NCBI GenBank assembly: GCA_963799335.1
Contig: CAWCWR010000001.1
Location: 436,414-500,413, forward strand
Source: an uncultured Phycisphaeraceae bacterium
GTDB taxonomy: Bacteria > Planctomycetota > Phycisphaerae > Phycisphaerales > Phycisphaeraceae
Direction: 5' to 3'
DNA length: 64,000 nucleotides
How positions within the stretch are numbered: the first letter of the stretch is position 1; the number at the start of each line of letters is the position of its first letter. The notes beneath the pieces are model-generated. The model did not search any database. It was not told where the DNA came from and saw only the letters and a list, made by a program, of their open reading frames with translations. Shown in pieces: positions 24,046 to 33,702 of the stretch. Made by a program: the position numbers and the translations under genes.

Positions 24046-25710
24046 ATGACCCAGACACTCTCCCCTGCCCTCCGCCGCGTTGGCTCGACCAAACGACCCC
24101 GGGGCTCCATGAAACGCTTTGACCCCAAGCTCTGGGACCAGCTGCTGGACACCCTCAAGCAGCGCTACGCCCCCATCTGTCGCCAGTGGTTTTCCGAAGA
24201 CCTCGAACCCGGTCGGCTCGACGGCGGGGTGCTCGAAATCCTCACCGCGACCGCCATCCAGCAGAATTATCTGCAGAAGCGTTGTCTCGAACCTTTTACC
24301 GAGGCCGCCCAGGCGGTGACCCAGCAGCTGGTCGCGGTTCGCTTTGTTTGCGAACTCACCCCGGCCCCGTCGGCGGAGACCGCCGAGCCCGACCCCGCCG
24401 CCCTGGAAGCCCTGCTGCCGCCGACGCCCGCCCCGGCCGATGTGGCCGTGGATGCCCGCCCCACCCCCGACGGTGATCCCGACGAGGCGGCCCGCGGGGA
24501 GTCCGGGGTGGCCGAATCCGGGGACTCACCCCGTAGCCTCTCGTCGGCGCACCCCGAGCACCGGGTCGTCCTGCCCGCGCCCGCCGCCGCGCCCGCCGCC
24601 CCTTCCCGGACCACCGCTTCGTTATCTGCCCGCGAAGCGCTGCCCGACTCGGTCGGCGACGTGGATGCCGATTCGATGGTGCTCAGCCCCGATTACAGCT
24701 TCGATAACTTCATCACCGGGCCCAACAACCAGCTCGCCGGCGCGGCGGCCGTGGCGGTCGCCAATCAGCCCGGCACGACCTACAACCCGCTGTTCATCCA
24801 CGGCGGGGTGGGCCTGGGCAAGACCCACCTGCTCCAGTCCATCTGCCAGTCGATCCTCACCCGGCAGCCCGCGACCCGGATCCTGTACGTCTCCTGCGAC
24901 GCGTTCATGAATCAGTTCATCGCCTGCGTCAAGGCGGGCAAGATGAGCCAGTTCCGACATCATTACCGCGATGTCGATCTGCTGGTGATCGACGACATCC
25001 ACTTCTTGGCCAACCGTGAACGCTCGCAGGAAGAGTTTTTCCACACCTTTAACGAGCTGTATCAGTCCAACCGGCAGATCGTGCTGAGCTCCGACGCGGC
25101 CCCGTCGGAGATCCCGAACCTCGAAGAACGCCTGGTTTCGCGGTTCAACTGGGGCCTGGTGGCCCACGTCAGCAAGCCGGGCTATGAAACCCGCGTCGCG
25201 ATCCTGCAGGCCAAGGCCGCGCTGCGCGGTTTCAAGGTCCCGGCCGAAGTCATCGATCTGGTGGCCCGCAAGGTCGATTCCAACGCCCGGGAACTCGAAG
25301 GCGCGATCGTCAACCTCCAGGGCTACGCCCAGCTTATGGAGCGCGAAGTCGATATGGCTCTGGCGCGGGAAGCCCTGGGCGAGCCGGCCATGCCCGCCCA
25401 AGCCAACCGCGCCACCCTCCAGCACATCGTGGACGTGGTCACCCGCTACTACGACGTGAAACTCATCGACCTCCAGTCCCGCCGCCGGCACAAGTCCATC
25501 GTCGAACCCCGCCAGGTCTGCATGTGGCTGGCGCAAACGCACCCGGTTCAGCCTCGAGGAGATCGGCGGCTACTTCGGCGGCCGGGACCACACCACCGTC
25601 ATGCACTCCATCGAGGTCGTCGAAAACCGCATGAACAACGAAGACGGCTTCACGCCGCAGGTCAACACCATGCTCGACGAGCTGGACCGCGCCACCGCCC
25701 AGGCGTATTG
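24046..25710 (+). CDS. dnaA: Chromosomal replication initiator DnaA, C-terminal frameshift near 25530
   Basis: DnaA N-domain, then an AAA+ core (GGVGLGKTHLL; VIDDIHFL; sensor residues). The DNA-binding domain (VCMWLA...) shifts frame, and the corrected frame reads ...RKRTRFSLEEIGGYFGGRDHTTVMHSIEVVENRM...ATAQAY and stops at about 25710. The ORF-track run to 25884 is an artefact of the shift. Confidence 0.85.
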
Positions 25711-25849
25711 ACCCTCCCTCCGCCCCCCCCTCACCCCCCCTTCGCCCCCCGTCCCGACACCTTTTCACCTCGAACTCATTCCACGGTTCCCCGCGCCTCA
25801 TCTCGCAGTCTCTCCTACCCCGGCCGTCCCGCGTTCAGACTCCGCTGGC

Positions 25850-26721
25850 AAACGGGGGTCGGCGGGGGTCGGCGGCGAGGGTGATCCGCTCGATCTTGGT
25901 GGCCAGGCGGGAGCCCGGGTCGATGTCGATGATCACCCCGTGGACCTGGGGATTGGCCTCGCTCACGTCGAAGGCCGCGGGCAGGCCGGTGGACATGTGG
26001 TGCACCACGCGGTCGGCGCGTCGGCCCAAGACCGAGTCCTGCGGCCCGGTCATGCCCAGGTCGGTGACGTAGGCGGTGCCCCCCTTTCCGCGGAGGGTGT
26101 CGGGGTGGTTGGGGATCGACAGCTCGCTGCCGGGGGCCGGGAGGATGCGGGCGTCGGCGGTGGGGACGTGGGTGTGGCTGCCCACGACGGCGGCGACCCG
26201 GCCGTTGGCGTGCCAACCGAAGGCGACTTTCTCGCTGGTCGCCTCGCAGTGGATCTCCAGGATCACCACCGCGGGCGGCTGCTTCCGCAGGTCGTCGAGC
26301 AGGCGATCCGATCGGCGGCGAAGGGGTCGTCGGCCTGCACCGAATTCATAAACAGTCGGCCCATGATCGTGCAGACCACCAGGTCGGGTCCACTCTCGTC
26401 CACGGGGTTGGGCAGCCGCATGTACCCCTTGCCCCAGGCCCGGCCGGGCACGTTGATCGGGCGGATCAGCCGGTCCGTCTCGTTGAGCGTGTGTTTGATC
26501 TGCTGCTTACGGAAGGCGTGGTCACCCAGGGTCATGCCGTCCACGCCCGCGTCGCGGAGCTTCTTGTACTGCTCGGGGGTGATGCCCGAGCCGTTGGCGA
26601 CGTTCTCGGCATTGGCGAGGATCAGATCGACGCCGTGGGTCTCGCGGAGGACGGGAATTTGCTGGGTCAGGGCCTGCCGGCCGGGCGTGCCGACGAGGTC
26701 GCCGAGGAAAGCGATTTTCAT
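25850..26721 (-). CDS. YmdB-like metallophosphoesterase (TIGR00282 family), frameshift near 26270-26300
   Basis: MKIAFLGDLVGTPGR...ILANAENVANGSGIT (N-terminal fragment), then ...VILEIHCEATSEKVAFGWHANGRVAAVVGSHTHVPTADARIL...TDLGMTGP (C-terminal fragment). The two fragments are adjacent ORFs in different frames. Confidence 0.75.
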
Positions 26722-26951
26722 GATGGTGCAGGGTTGAAGGGGAAAGTGCGAAGTTGTGACTACGCGGTGCGAAGTTTGGAGGATGAGGCCATCGGGGTGC
26801 GGTTTGAAATCAAGGCGTGGGCCGGGGCCGCCGCCGCAGGCTATCAGAACTCGGTTAACCTAGAGCAGACGCGGATCGAGCCACCCGCCGCCGCCGTGGG
26901 CAGGTCAAAACTTTTGCCGTTCGCACTTCTAACTTCGAATCCCCCCCTTTC

Positions 26952-27452
26952 ATGCGATGCCCCTTCTGCCAAGCCAACGACGACAAGGTCATCGACTCCC
27001 GCGAGGTCGAGCACGGCGGCTCGATCCGTCGTCGGCGGGAGTGCAAGCAATGCGGCAAACGCTTCACCACCTACGAACACGTCGAAACCAACACCCGGCT
27101 GACGGTGATCAAACGCGACGGCAACCGCGTGCCTTTCGACCGCGAAAAGCTGATGGGCGGGTTGCAGAAATCGACCTACAAACGGCCCGTGACCGCGGAC
27201 CAGCTGTCCACCGTGGTCGACGAGATCGAGGCCGAGCTGTTCCGCCGCGGGGCCAAGGAAGTCGAATCGACCGACATCGGCCGGCTGTGCGTGGAAAAAC
27301 TCAAACGCCTGGACCACGTCGCCTACGTCCGCTTTGCCAGCGTCTACATGAAGATCGCCAACATCGACGACCTGCTGGAAGAAATGATCGAAGTCAAGAC
27401 GACCGGCCCCGAGCCCGAGCGGCCCGACCAGGGGACACTGTTCAAAGGGTAA
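26952..27452 (+). CDS. nrdR: Transcriptional repressor NrdR
   Basis: N-terminal Zn ribbon MRCPFCQ...CKQCGKRFTTYE, then an ATP-cone. Confidence 0.9.
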   Translation: MRCPFCQANDDKVIDSREVEHGGSIRRRRECKQCGKRFTTYEHVETNTRLTVIKRDGNRVPFDREKLMGGLQKSTYKRPVTADQLSTVVDEIEAELFRRGAKEVESTDIGRLCVEKLKRLDHVAYVRFASVYMKIANIDDLLEEMIEVKTTGPEPERPDQGTLFKG

Positions 27453-27759
27453 AAGTAGGTCGAGGTTGAGTTGTAGTTGTGGTTGTGGTTTTGAAGGCAA
27501 GCGCCTCCGCGGCGGGCGGCAAGGGCGTTGCCCCTGCACCCCGAAGGCAAACTGCCGCCCACGGCCCGGCAACGGTTGCGACCCCCCCCCCCCCCCGCCA
27601 CCCTCCGCCATCCCCCTGCCCGGCGGATTGTTCTTGGTGTGTTGGCATGTCGTGCGTAAGATGAAAGCTCCGGGGGTTTAACTTCCGGGGCTAATGTTCC
27701 GGGGTTCATTTCTTTTTTGTCTCTGCGATCTATTTCATCTCTCTCGAAAGGGTTGGCTC

Positions 27760-28197
27760 ATGCCCGAGGTTCAAGCCATTGTGTGTAAGAAGAAGGCGGC
27801 GGTGCGGACGATCGATCCGCAGGCCACGGTGTTGGAAGCGTCGCAGCTGATGAATCAGCACCAGATCGGGGCGCTCATCGTGATCGAGGGTGGGCGGGTG
27901 GCGGGGATCTTTACCGAGCGGGACGTGATGCGTCGGATCGTGGTGGAGCGGCGTGATCCCGCCACGGTGCTGGTGGCGGAGGTGATGACCCGGACGGTCG
28001 TGACTTGCCGGACCCACACGAAGCTGGCCACCGCCCGCAAGCTGTTTCTCGAGCGCCGGGTCCGCCACCTGCCGGTGATGGATGCCGCCGACCAGCTGGT
28101 GGGCATGATCTCCATCGGCGACCTCAACGCTTGGGAACTCGACGGCCAGGAATGCAAAATCGCGGCGCTGGAAGAAGTGATTTACGGAATGGTCTGA
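27760..28197 (+). CDS. CBS-pair domain protein
   Basis: Two CBS motifs (ALIVIEGGRVAGIFTERD; LPVMDAADQLVGMISIGD). The start is taken at the internal MPEVQA. Confidence 0.75.
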   Translation: MPEVQAIVCKKKAAVRTIDPQATVLEASQLMNQHQIGALIVIEGGRVAGIFTERDVMRRIVVERRDPATVLVAEVMTRTVVTCRTHTKLATARKLFLERRVRHLPVMDAADQLVGMISIGDLNAWELDGQECKIAALEEVIYGMV

Positions 28198-28432
28198 ACC
28201 GCCCCCTCCCCCCTCGCCCCCCTCGCCCCCCTCGCCCCTTCTCCTCCCCCCGCAGTGATCGGTGCGGCCGTTTCTCCTCGACAGGGTTGCCCACTTTGTC
28301 AACCCCCGTCCCGCGAGAGCGGCGCGGGGGACCTTGATCGTTGACGTGGCTCATTCGCGAAACTGAAGGCGCGGGGACAACGCAAGTATTTTTGTGGGAA
28401 GCGGGGTTGGGGGGTGAGGGGCGGGGAGGGGG

Positions 28433-29869
28433 GTGAGGGGGGGGAGGGCTACACTCTTGGGCCCCCGACGTGGGGGTGGCGTGAGTGGTTGTTTAATAGA
28501 AGTTGGCGGTGGTTGCCCCGTGATTCCTTTCGTTGCCTGGTTTGTGTGGTCCGCCGCCGCGTTGAGTGCGGCGGTGTGGGCCTGGTTGAATATCCCGCGG
28601 TACGCGAAGTTGCTGCGTCACACGTTGGCTCAGCCCGGCGAAGGGTTCGCGGACGGGCCGGAAGAAGCAGGCGACGGGGGGCCGAGGGCGGGGGGGGGGG
28701 CGGGGAGGGGGGGCTGGCCGGGGGTGGCGATTTTGACGCCGGGGCGGGACGAGGCGGAGCATCTGCCCACGGTGTTGCCCGAGCTGTGCGAGCAGGACTA
28801 TCCCCGGCATCGGGTGGTGTTTATCGATGATGCGAGCGGCGACGCGACGCCGCGGATCACCCAGGCGATGGCCCAGCGGTACGACAACCTGACGGTGGTG
28901 CGCAACGAGCAGCCCCCCCCGCCGGGGTGGATGGGCAAGTGCTGGGCGATTCAACAGGGGTACGAGGCCTTGGTGAAGCTCGAAGCGGAAAGTGCGGGGT
29001 GCGAGCTTGAAGGCAAGCGGATCAGCAAAACATCGTCGGAGGACTCGCCCGATTTATCTGCGGGCCTCGAAGACCGTGCATCGGCCTTCGATTGGCTGTG
29101 TTTCACCGACGCGGACATCCACTGGCACCCGCTGCTGCTGCGGCGGGCGATGGCCTACTGCGCGGAGCACGACGCGGAGTTGCTGGGCGTCGCGCCGACG
29201 CTGCGGTTCGGCAGCGCCGCCGAGGCAATCGTGCAGCTGCAGCTGATCCTGGCGCTGGGATTGATGCTGCCCTACGACGCGGTGGTGAACCCCGACTCGC
29301 CGCGGACGCTCACCGGCGGGGCGTTCATCCTGGTCAAGCGCCGTTACTACGACCAGATCGGCGGCCACACCGCGGTCAAGGGCGAGATGGTCGAGGACCT
29401 GAAACTCGGCATGGCCCTGAAAGCCGCGGGCGCCCGGCACCGCGTCGCGCTGGCGGGCGACCTGCAGTGGTGCCGGATGTACGACGGCCCGGCGGACCTG
29501 TGGGAAGGCCTGACCAAAAACGCCTACGCCGGGCTGATGCACCGCTGGTGGCTGGCGCTGCCCGCCTGCGGAATCCTGCTGATCACCAACGTGCTGCCGC
29601 CGGTCTACTTCATCACCGCGCTGGTCTGGCTCATCCTGGCCCCCGGCGGGTGGATGCCCGCCACCGCCCTGCTCTTCTCCGTCGTCGCGCTGCTCGCCCA
29701 GGCCCGCGCCCTCAACGCCGTACGCAAACTCATGGACCTGCCCGCCCGCTACGCCTGGACCACCCCCCTGGGCAGCGCCGCCTACCTCCTCATCATCCTC
29801 GCCAGCATGATGCAGTACCACACCCGCGGCAACACCTGGAAAGGCCGACGCTACCACGCCGAGTCCTAA
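28433..29869 (+). CDS. Family 2 glycosyltransferase (membrane-bound, HpnB-like topology)
   Basis: VAILTPGRDEAEHL...VVFIDDASGDAT...FTDADIHW (GT-A DxD), then C-terminal transmembrane helices. The start is uncertain within the Gly-rich 5' region. Confidence 0.75.
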   Translation: MRGGRATLLGPRRGGGVSGCLIEVGGGCPVIPFVAWFVWSAAALSAAVWAWLNIPRYAKLLRHTLAQPGEGFADGPEEAGDGGPRAGGGAGRGGWPGVAILTPGRDEAEHLPTVLPELCEQDYPRHRVVFIDDASGDATPRITQAMAQRYDNLTVVRNEQPPPPGWMGKCWAIQQGYEALVKLEAESAGCELEGKRISKTSSEDSPDLSAGLEDRASAFDWLCFTDADIHWHPLLLRRAMAYCAEHDAELLGVAPTLRFGSAAEAIVQLQLILALGLMLPYDAVVNPDSPRTLTGGAFILVKRRYYDQIGGHTAVKGEMVEDLKLGMALKAAGARHRVALAGDLQWCRMYDGPADLWEGLTKNAYAGLMHRWWLALPACGILLITNVLPPVYFITALVWLILAPGGWMPATALLFSVVALLAQARALNAVRKLMDLPARYAWTTPLGSAAYLLIILASMMQYHTRGNTWKGRRYHAES

Positions 29870-29924
29870 CCCTTCCGCGGCCGCGGCTCACTCGGTAGAA
29901 TATGGCGAGCACTGCCCGTGAAGC

Positions 29925-30095
29925 CATCAATCCTTCTTTGACAGGATCAACAGGATTTTGCGGATCAACAAGATCAAGGCAATCCGGTCAATGCTATTGA
30001 TAGCGCTTGCGAGGGGACGTTTGATTCGCCACCCCTATCTCCGGATCCTGTCAATCCGGCCTTAAATCTTGTTCATCCTGTCGAAGCCTTTCTTC
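29925..30095. repeat. Divergent member of the GACAGGAT/ATCCTGTC MITE-like repeat family
   Basis: Contains tttgacaggatcaacaggatt ... ggatcctgtcaatcc ... gttcatcctgtcgaag, the same motifs as the elements at 37296 and 39465, with a palindromic internal layout. Confidence 0.4.
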
Positions 30096-30127
30096 CAAAC
30101 CCCGCACCCTGGCCCGACTCCCCTGAA

Positions 30128-30802
30128 GTGGGAAAGCCCCACCCTCCCCCTCGCAAACCTGCGAAAGCCCCCGCTGGTATCCTGCGTCGGTTCCAGAAAG
30201 GGGTTTCACCTTTGCTTAAGTTTCTCGAATTACTGATCGACTGGCAGGATCTGCGGCTCGAGTTCGGGATCGACGCGGTGGTGTACGCCGGGTTGGCGCT
30301 GCTGGGCACGACCGTGTTTCTGTTGCGGCTGGTGATCTCGCTGGTGCTGGGGTTTGGCGATACGGACTTCGACGTCGAGGACCTGGACCACGGCGGGTTT
30401 CCGCTGATCTCGGTTCTCTCGGTCACCGCGTTTTTTATGGGTGCCGGGTGGATGGGGCTGATCGCGCGGGTCGAGTGGGGGCTGGACCCGGTGCCCTCGT
30501 CGATGGCGGCCGCGGCCTTCGGGATGGTCTGCATGGTGCTCGCCGCCAGCCTGATGTTTGCCGGGCAAAAGCTGACCCAGGACGTGACCTACGACCACGA
30601 AACCGCCGTGGGCCGCACGGGCCAATGCTACATGACCATCCCTGCCCAGGGCGAGGGCAGCGGCCAAGTCCGCGTCAGCGTCTCGGGCCGATCCATGATC
30701 GTCAACGCCACGTCCGCCGGCCCCGCCATCGCCGCCTTCGCTGACGTCAAGGTCATCGCCACCCGCGACGACGGCAGCCTCTTGGTCGAACCCGTTAGCT
30801 AA
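30128..30802 (+). CDS. NfeD-like membrane protein (YuaF-like; transmembrane helices plus C-terminal OB/beta domain)
   Basis: Three transmembrane helices, then GQVRVSVSGRSMIVNATSAGPAIAAFADVKVI (NfeD C-terminal beta-domain). It lies directly upstream of a flotillin gene. Confidence 0.75.
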   Translation: MGKPHPPPRKPAKAPAGILRRFQKGVSPLLKFLELLIDWQDLRLEFGIDAVVYAGLALLGTTVFLLRLVISLVLGFGDTDFDVEDLDHGGFPLISVLSVTAFFMGAGWMGLIARVEWGLDPVPSSMAAAAFGMVCMVLAASLMFAGQKLTQDVTYDHETAVGRTGQCYMTIPAQGEGSGQVRVSVSGRSMIVNATSAGPAIAAFADVKVIATRDDGSLLVEPVS

Positions 30803-30820
30803 ACCAAACTAATGATTGAA

Positions 30821-30868
30821 CGCCATGACGCCATGACGCCATGACGCCAAGACGCCAAGACGCCAAGA
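30821..30868. repeat. Tandem octamer array (CGCCATGA)x3-(CGCCAAGA)x3, with an inverted partner (TCTTGGCG) at about 31013-31050
   Basis: Read directly: cgccatgacgccatgacgccatgacgccaagacgccaagacgccaaga, and downstream ccgcgtcttggcgtctccgcgtcttggcgtttgc. Confidence 0.75.
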
Positions 30869-31082
30869 AATCAAGCAGCCCTATCAAACAAACAACTTCA
30901 GCCACAGACCGCCGACCACAACCTGGTTTTTAGCAATTCGCTCAAATCAACTTTCACAACTCCCCTGCCTTGCATCCGCGTCCATCCGCGGTTTCAACTT
31001 CTTATGTTTTTCTCCGCGTCTTGGCGTCTCCGCGTCTTGGCGTTTGCATCACACCCCCCACTCCTGATTAAGCGATTTTCCC

Positions 31083-32730
31083 ATGATCCACCTCCTCGGT
31101 CTCTCCCTCGCCCAGTTCAACCCCCTTAACGACGACAGCGCCGGCGGCGGGCTGGGGCTGCTGATCCTCGTGGGCATCCTGCTGCTGATCGCCTTCGCGG
31201 CGTTCATCGCGGTGGTCAAACGCTACAAGCGCTGCCCGTCCAACCGCATCCTCGTGATCTACGGCAAGGTCGGCGGTGAGCGCGCCGCCAAAGCTATCCA
31301 CGGCGGCGGCGCGTTCGTCTGGCCGGTGATCCAGGACTGGGCGTTCCTCTCGCTCGAGCCCATGACCATCGACATCGAACTCGCCAGCGCACTGTCGAAG
31401 AAGAACATCCGCGTCGGCGTGCCCTCGACCTTCACCGTGGCGATCAGCACCGAGCCGGACGTGATGAACAACGCCGCCGAGCGGTTGTTGGGCTTGCGTG
31501 AACAGGAGATCGCCGCCCAGGCACGCGACATTATCCTCGGCCAGATGCGCTTGGTCATCGCGATGCTCACCATCGAAGAGATCAACCAGGACCGCGAGAA
31601 ATTCCTGGACCTGGTCAACAAGAACGTCAACTTTGAATTGTCCAAAGTCGGCCTCTACATGATCAACGTGAACATCCGCGACATCACCGATGAAAGCGGC
31701 TACATCGAAGCTCTGGGTAAAAAAGCCGCGGCCGAGGCGATCAACCAAGCGAAGATCGACACCGCCCAAGCGCCGCGTGAAGGGGCCATCGGCACCGCGG
31801 CGGCGGACAACCAGCGCGAGGTGCAGGTCTCGGCGCAGGTCGCCGAGTCCAACATCGGCCAGAAGCAGGCGGAACGCGACCAGCGCATCCGCACCGCCGC
31901 GCTCGAGGCCGAAGGCATCGCCGGCGAGGCCGGCTCGCAGCGCGAACAAGAGATCGCCATCGCCCAGCAAAACGCCCTGGCGATCCAGGGCAAGAAGCAG
32001 GCGGAGGCGGACCAGCGCATCAAGGTCGCCAGCTACGAAGCCCAATCGATCGAAGGGGAAAACAAGTCTAAAGCCGACATCGCCGCCTACGAAGCGACCC
32101 TCGCCGAGGCCCGCGCCGACTCCCGCCGCCGCGGGGACGTGGCCCTGGCTAACGCCAGCCGCGACGTTCTCGTCGCAGAGAAGGAAGAAGAACTGGCGCG
32201 GATGGAAAAAGACGTCATCGCCAAGCAGATGATCGAGCAGCAGCAGGTCAAGATCGAAGCCGAGGCCGAGGCCGAACGCATCCGCCGGATCGCGCAGGGC
32301 AACGCCGACGGCACGCTGGCGAAATACAACGCCGAGGCCGAAGGCCTGCGCAAAGTCCTCGACGCCAAGGCCGCGGGGTACAAAGCGCTCGATCGACAGC
32401 TGCGGCGACCGCAAGGACATCGCCCCGGCCCTGCTGATTATCGAAAAACTCCCCGAACTCGTCGCCGAGCAGGTCAAAGCCATCCAGAACCTCAAGATCG
32501 ACAAGATCACCGTGTGGGACAGCGGCCAAGGCGCCGGCGGCGACGGGACGACGGGTTCAACGGGCAACTTCCTCAAGGGCCTCATCGGATCACTCCCCCC
32601 CATCCACGAACTCGCCGAACAGGCGGGCATCGACTTGCCCGAGGTCCTGGGCAAGGTGCAACGACCCGCGGAAGAAACCTCGGCACCCGATGTCTCGACT
32701 CCAGCCCCTGTCGCAGACTTGAATCGCTAA
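31083..32730 (+). CDS. Flotillin-like SPFH/band-7 protein (FloT/YuaG-like), frameshift near 32390
   Basis: N-terminal transmembrane segment, SPFH domain, then a long EA-repeat coiled coil. The C-terminal ...ITVWDSGQGAGGDG... continues in track ORF 32512-32730. Confidence 0.85.
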
Positions 32731-32787
32731 CTTTTACTGATCTGCAGCCAGTCCGTCTGTTTTGTCTCGCTCATGCACACTCAGTCG

Positions 32788-33684
32788 TCACCCGTTGTTA
32801 TCATCCGCCCCTGCCCGGAAACGCTCATGCAGTGTTCGACCATTGGCATCCTTCCAAGCTAGCCAACCATTACCAGTACCGCCCATTAATACATTTGCAG
32901 CCGCACTCGGGCTACTGAAGGATTCGTCACGGGTTAACACGAGGATCCCATTTTTTTCAATAAGTAAGCCCTCTTCTATCAGGCGTGCTCTTCGCTTCGG
33001 CTGGGAGTGGTTTCCGCTAAAAGAGGGAACAGCATCAAGCCGGCCGGTCGAGCCTTTCAGTACTGTCAAACCGTCTTCGGTATATACCGCTTGAGCATTG
33101 ATACCCCGGTCTGTGCAATAAAATCTTCGTGAAGCTTTATCATTCGTCGTATCGGTTGATACTTTTTTAGAAACCTTGGCTTCGAAAACTGCGAAGCCGA
33201 CAGTGCTCAGCAGCGTTCCCGCCGTCTCAAATACTTCCATCACGTCCGCCTGCATCCACTCGGGGATAGGTGGCTGCGAGCCCGCGTTGCCGTTGGCGAG
33301 TTGGTAGCGGCCGGCCTCGTTGGCTTCCCGGATCGAGAGGAACTCCAGCAAGCGGGCGTGGGCTTTGGTGAGGCTGCCGGTGCGGGAACCGATCACGACG
33401 GCAAGATTCCAAAAATCTTTTTTTGGATCCTGGTGGTGTTGTTTAAGTCGGCTCGCGCAATTGTCTGCCTCGCCGATGTACACCATCGGTTCGCCGTCGT
33501 CGGACTCGCCGAACAGGAAGTAGACGCCCACGCCGGTGAACTCATCTCGCGGCAGCGCCTGATCCAGCTTGGAACGTGGCACGACGGCGGCCTGCACGAT
33601 GCGGGTAGTGATCTCGGCGATCCGCACGCCCCGGGGTTCCCCGGCCGGGCAGTAGATTTGTATGGTCTGGCCACGCTTGTTCAT
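32788..33684 (-). CDS. GIY-YIG nuclease domain protein with C-terminal DUF4357-like domain
   Basis: GVYFLFGESDDGEPMVYIGEADNCASRLKQH (GIY-YIG core). C-terminal LVLTRDESFSSPSAAANVLMGGTGNGWLAWKDANGRTL. The gene is about 50% GC against about 68% in its flanks. Confidence 0.7.
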   Translation of the reverse strand: MNKRGQTIQIYCPAGEPRGVRIAEITTRIVQAAVVPRSKLDQALPRDEFTGVGVYFLFGESDDGEPMVYIGEADNCASRLKQHHQDPKKDFWNLAVVIGSRTGSLTKAHARLLEFLSIREANEAGRYQLANGNAGSQPPIPEWMQADVMEVFETAGTLLSTVGFAVFEAKVSKKVSTDTTNDKASRRFYCTDRGINAQAVYTEDGLTVLKGSTGRLDAVPSFSGNHSQPKRRARLIEEGLLIEKNGILVLTRDESFSSPSAAANVLMGGTGNGWLAWKDANGRTLHERFRAGADDNNG

Positions 33685-33702
33685 CGACGCGATCTTAACG
33701 TC

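Noticed and set aside
30821-30868. CRISPR array?
   Set aside because: The direct repeats are only 8 bp and contiguous, with no spacers. The 10-mer array at about 42118 is likewise only 3 contiguous units. No cas genes are present.
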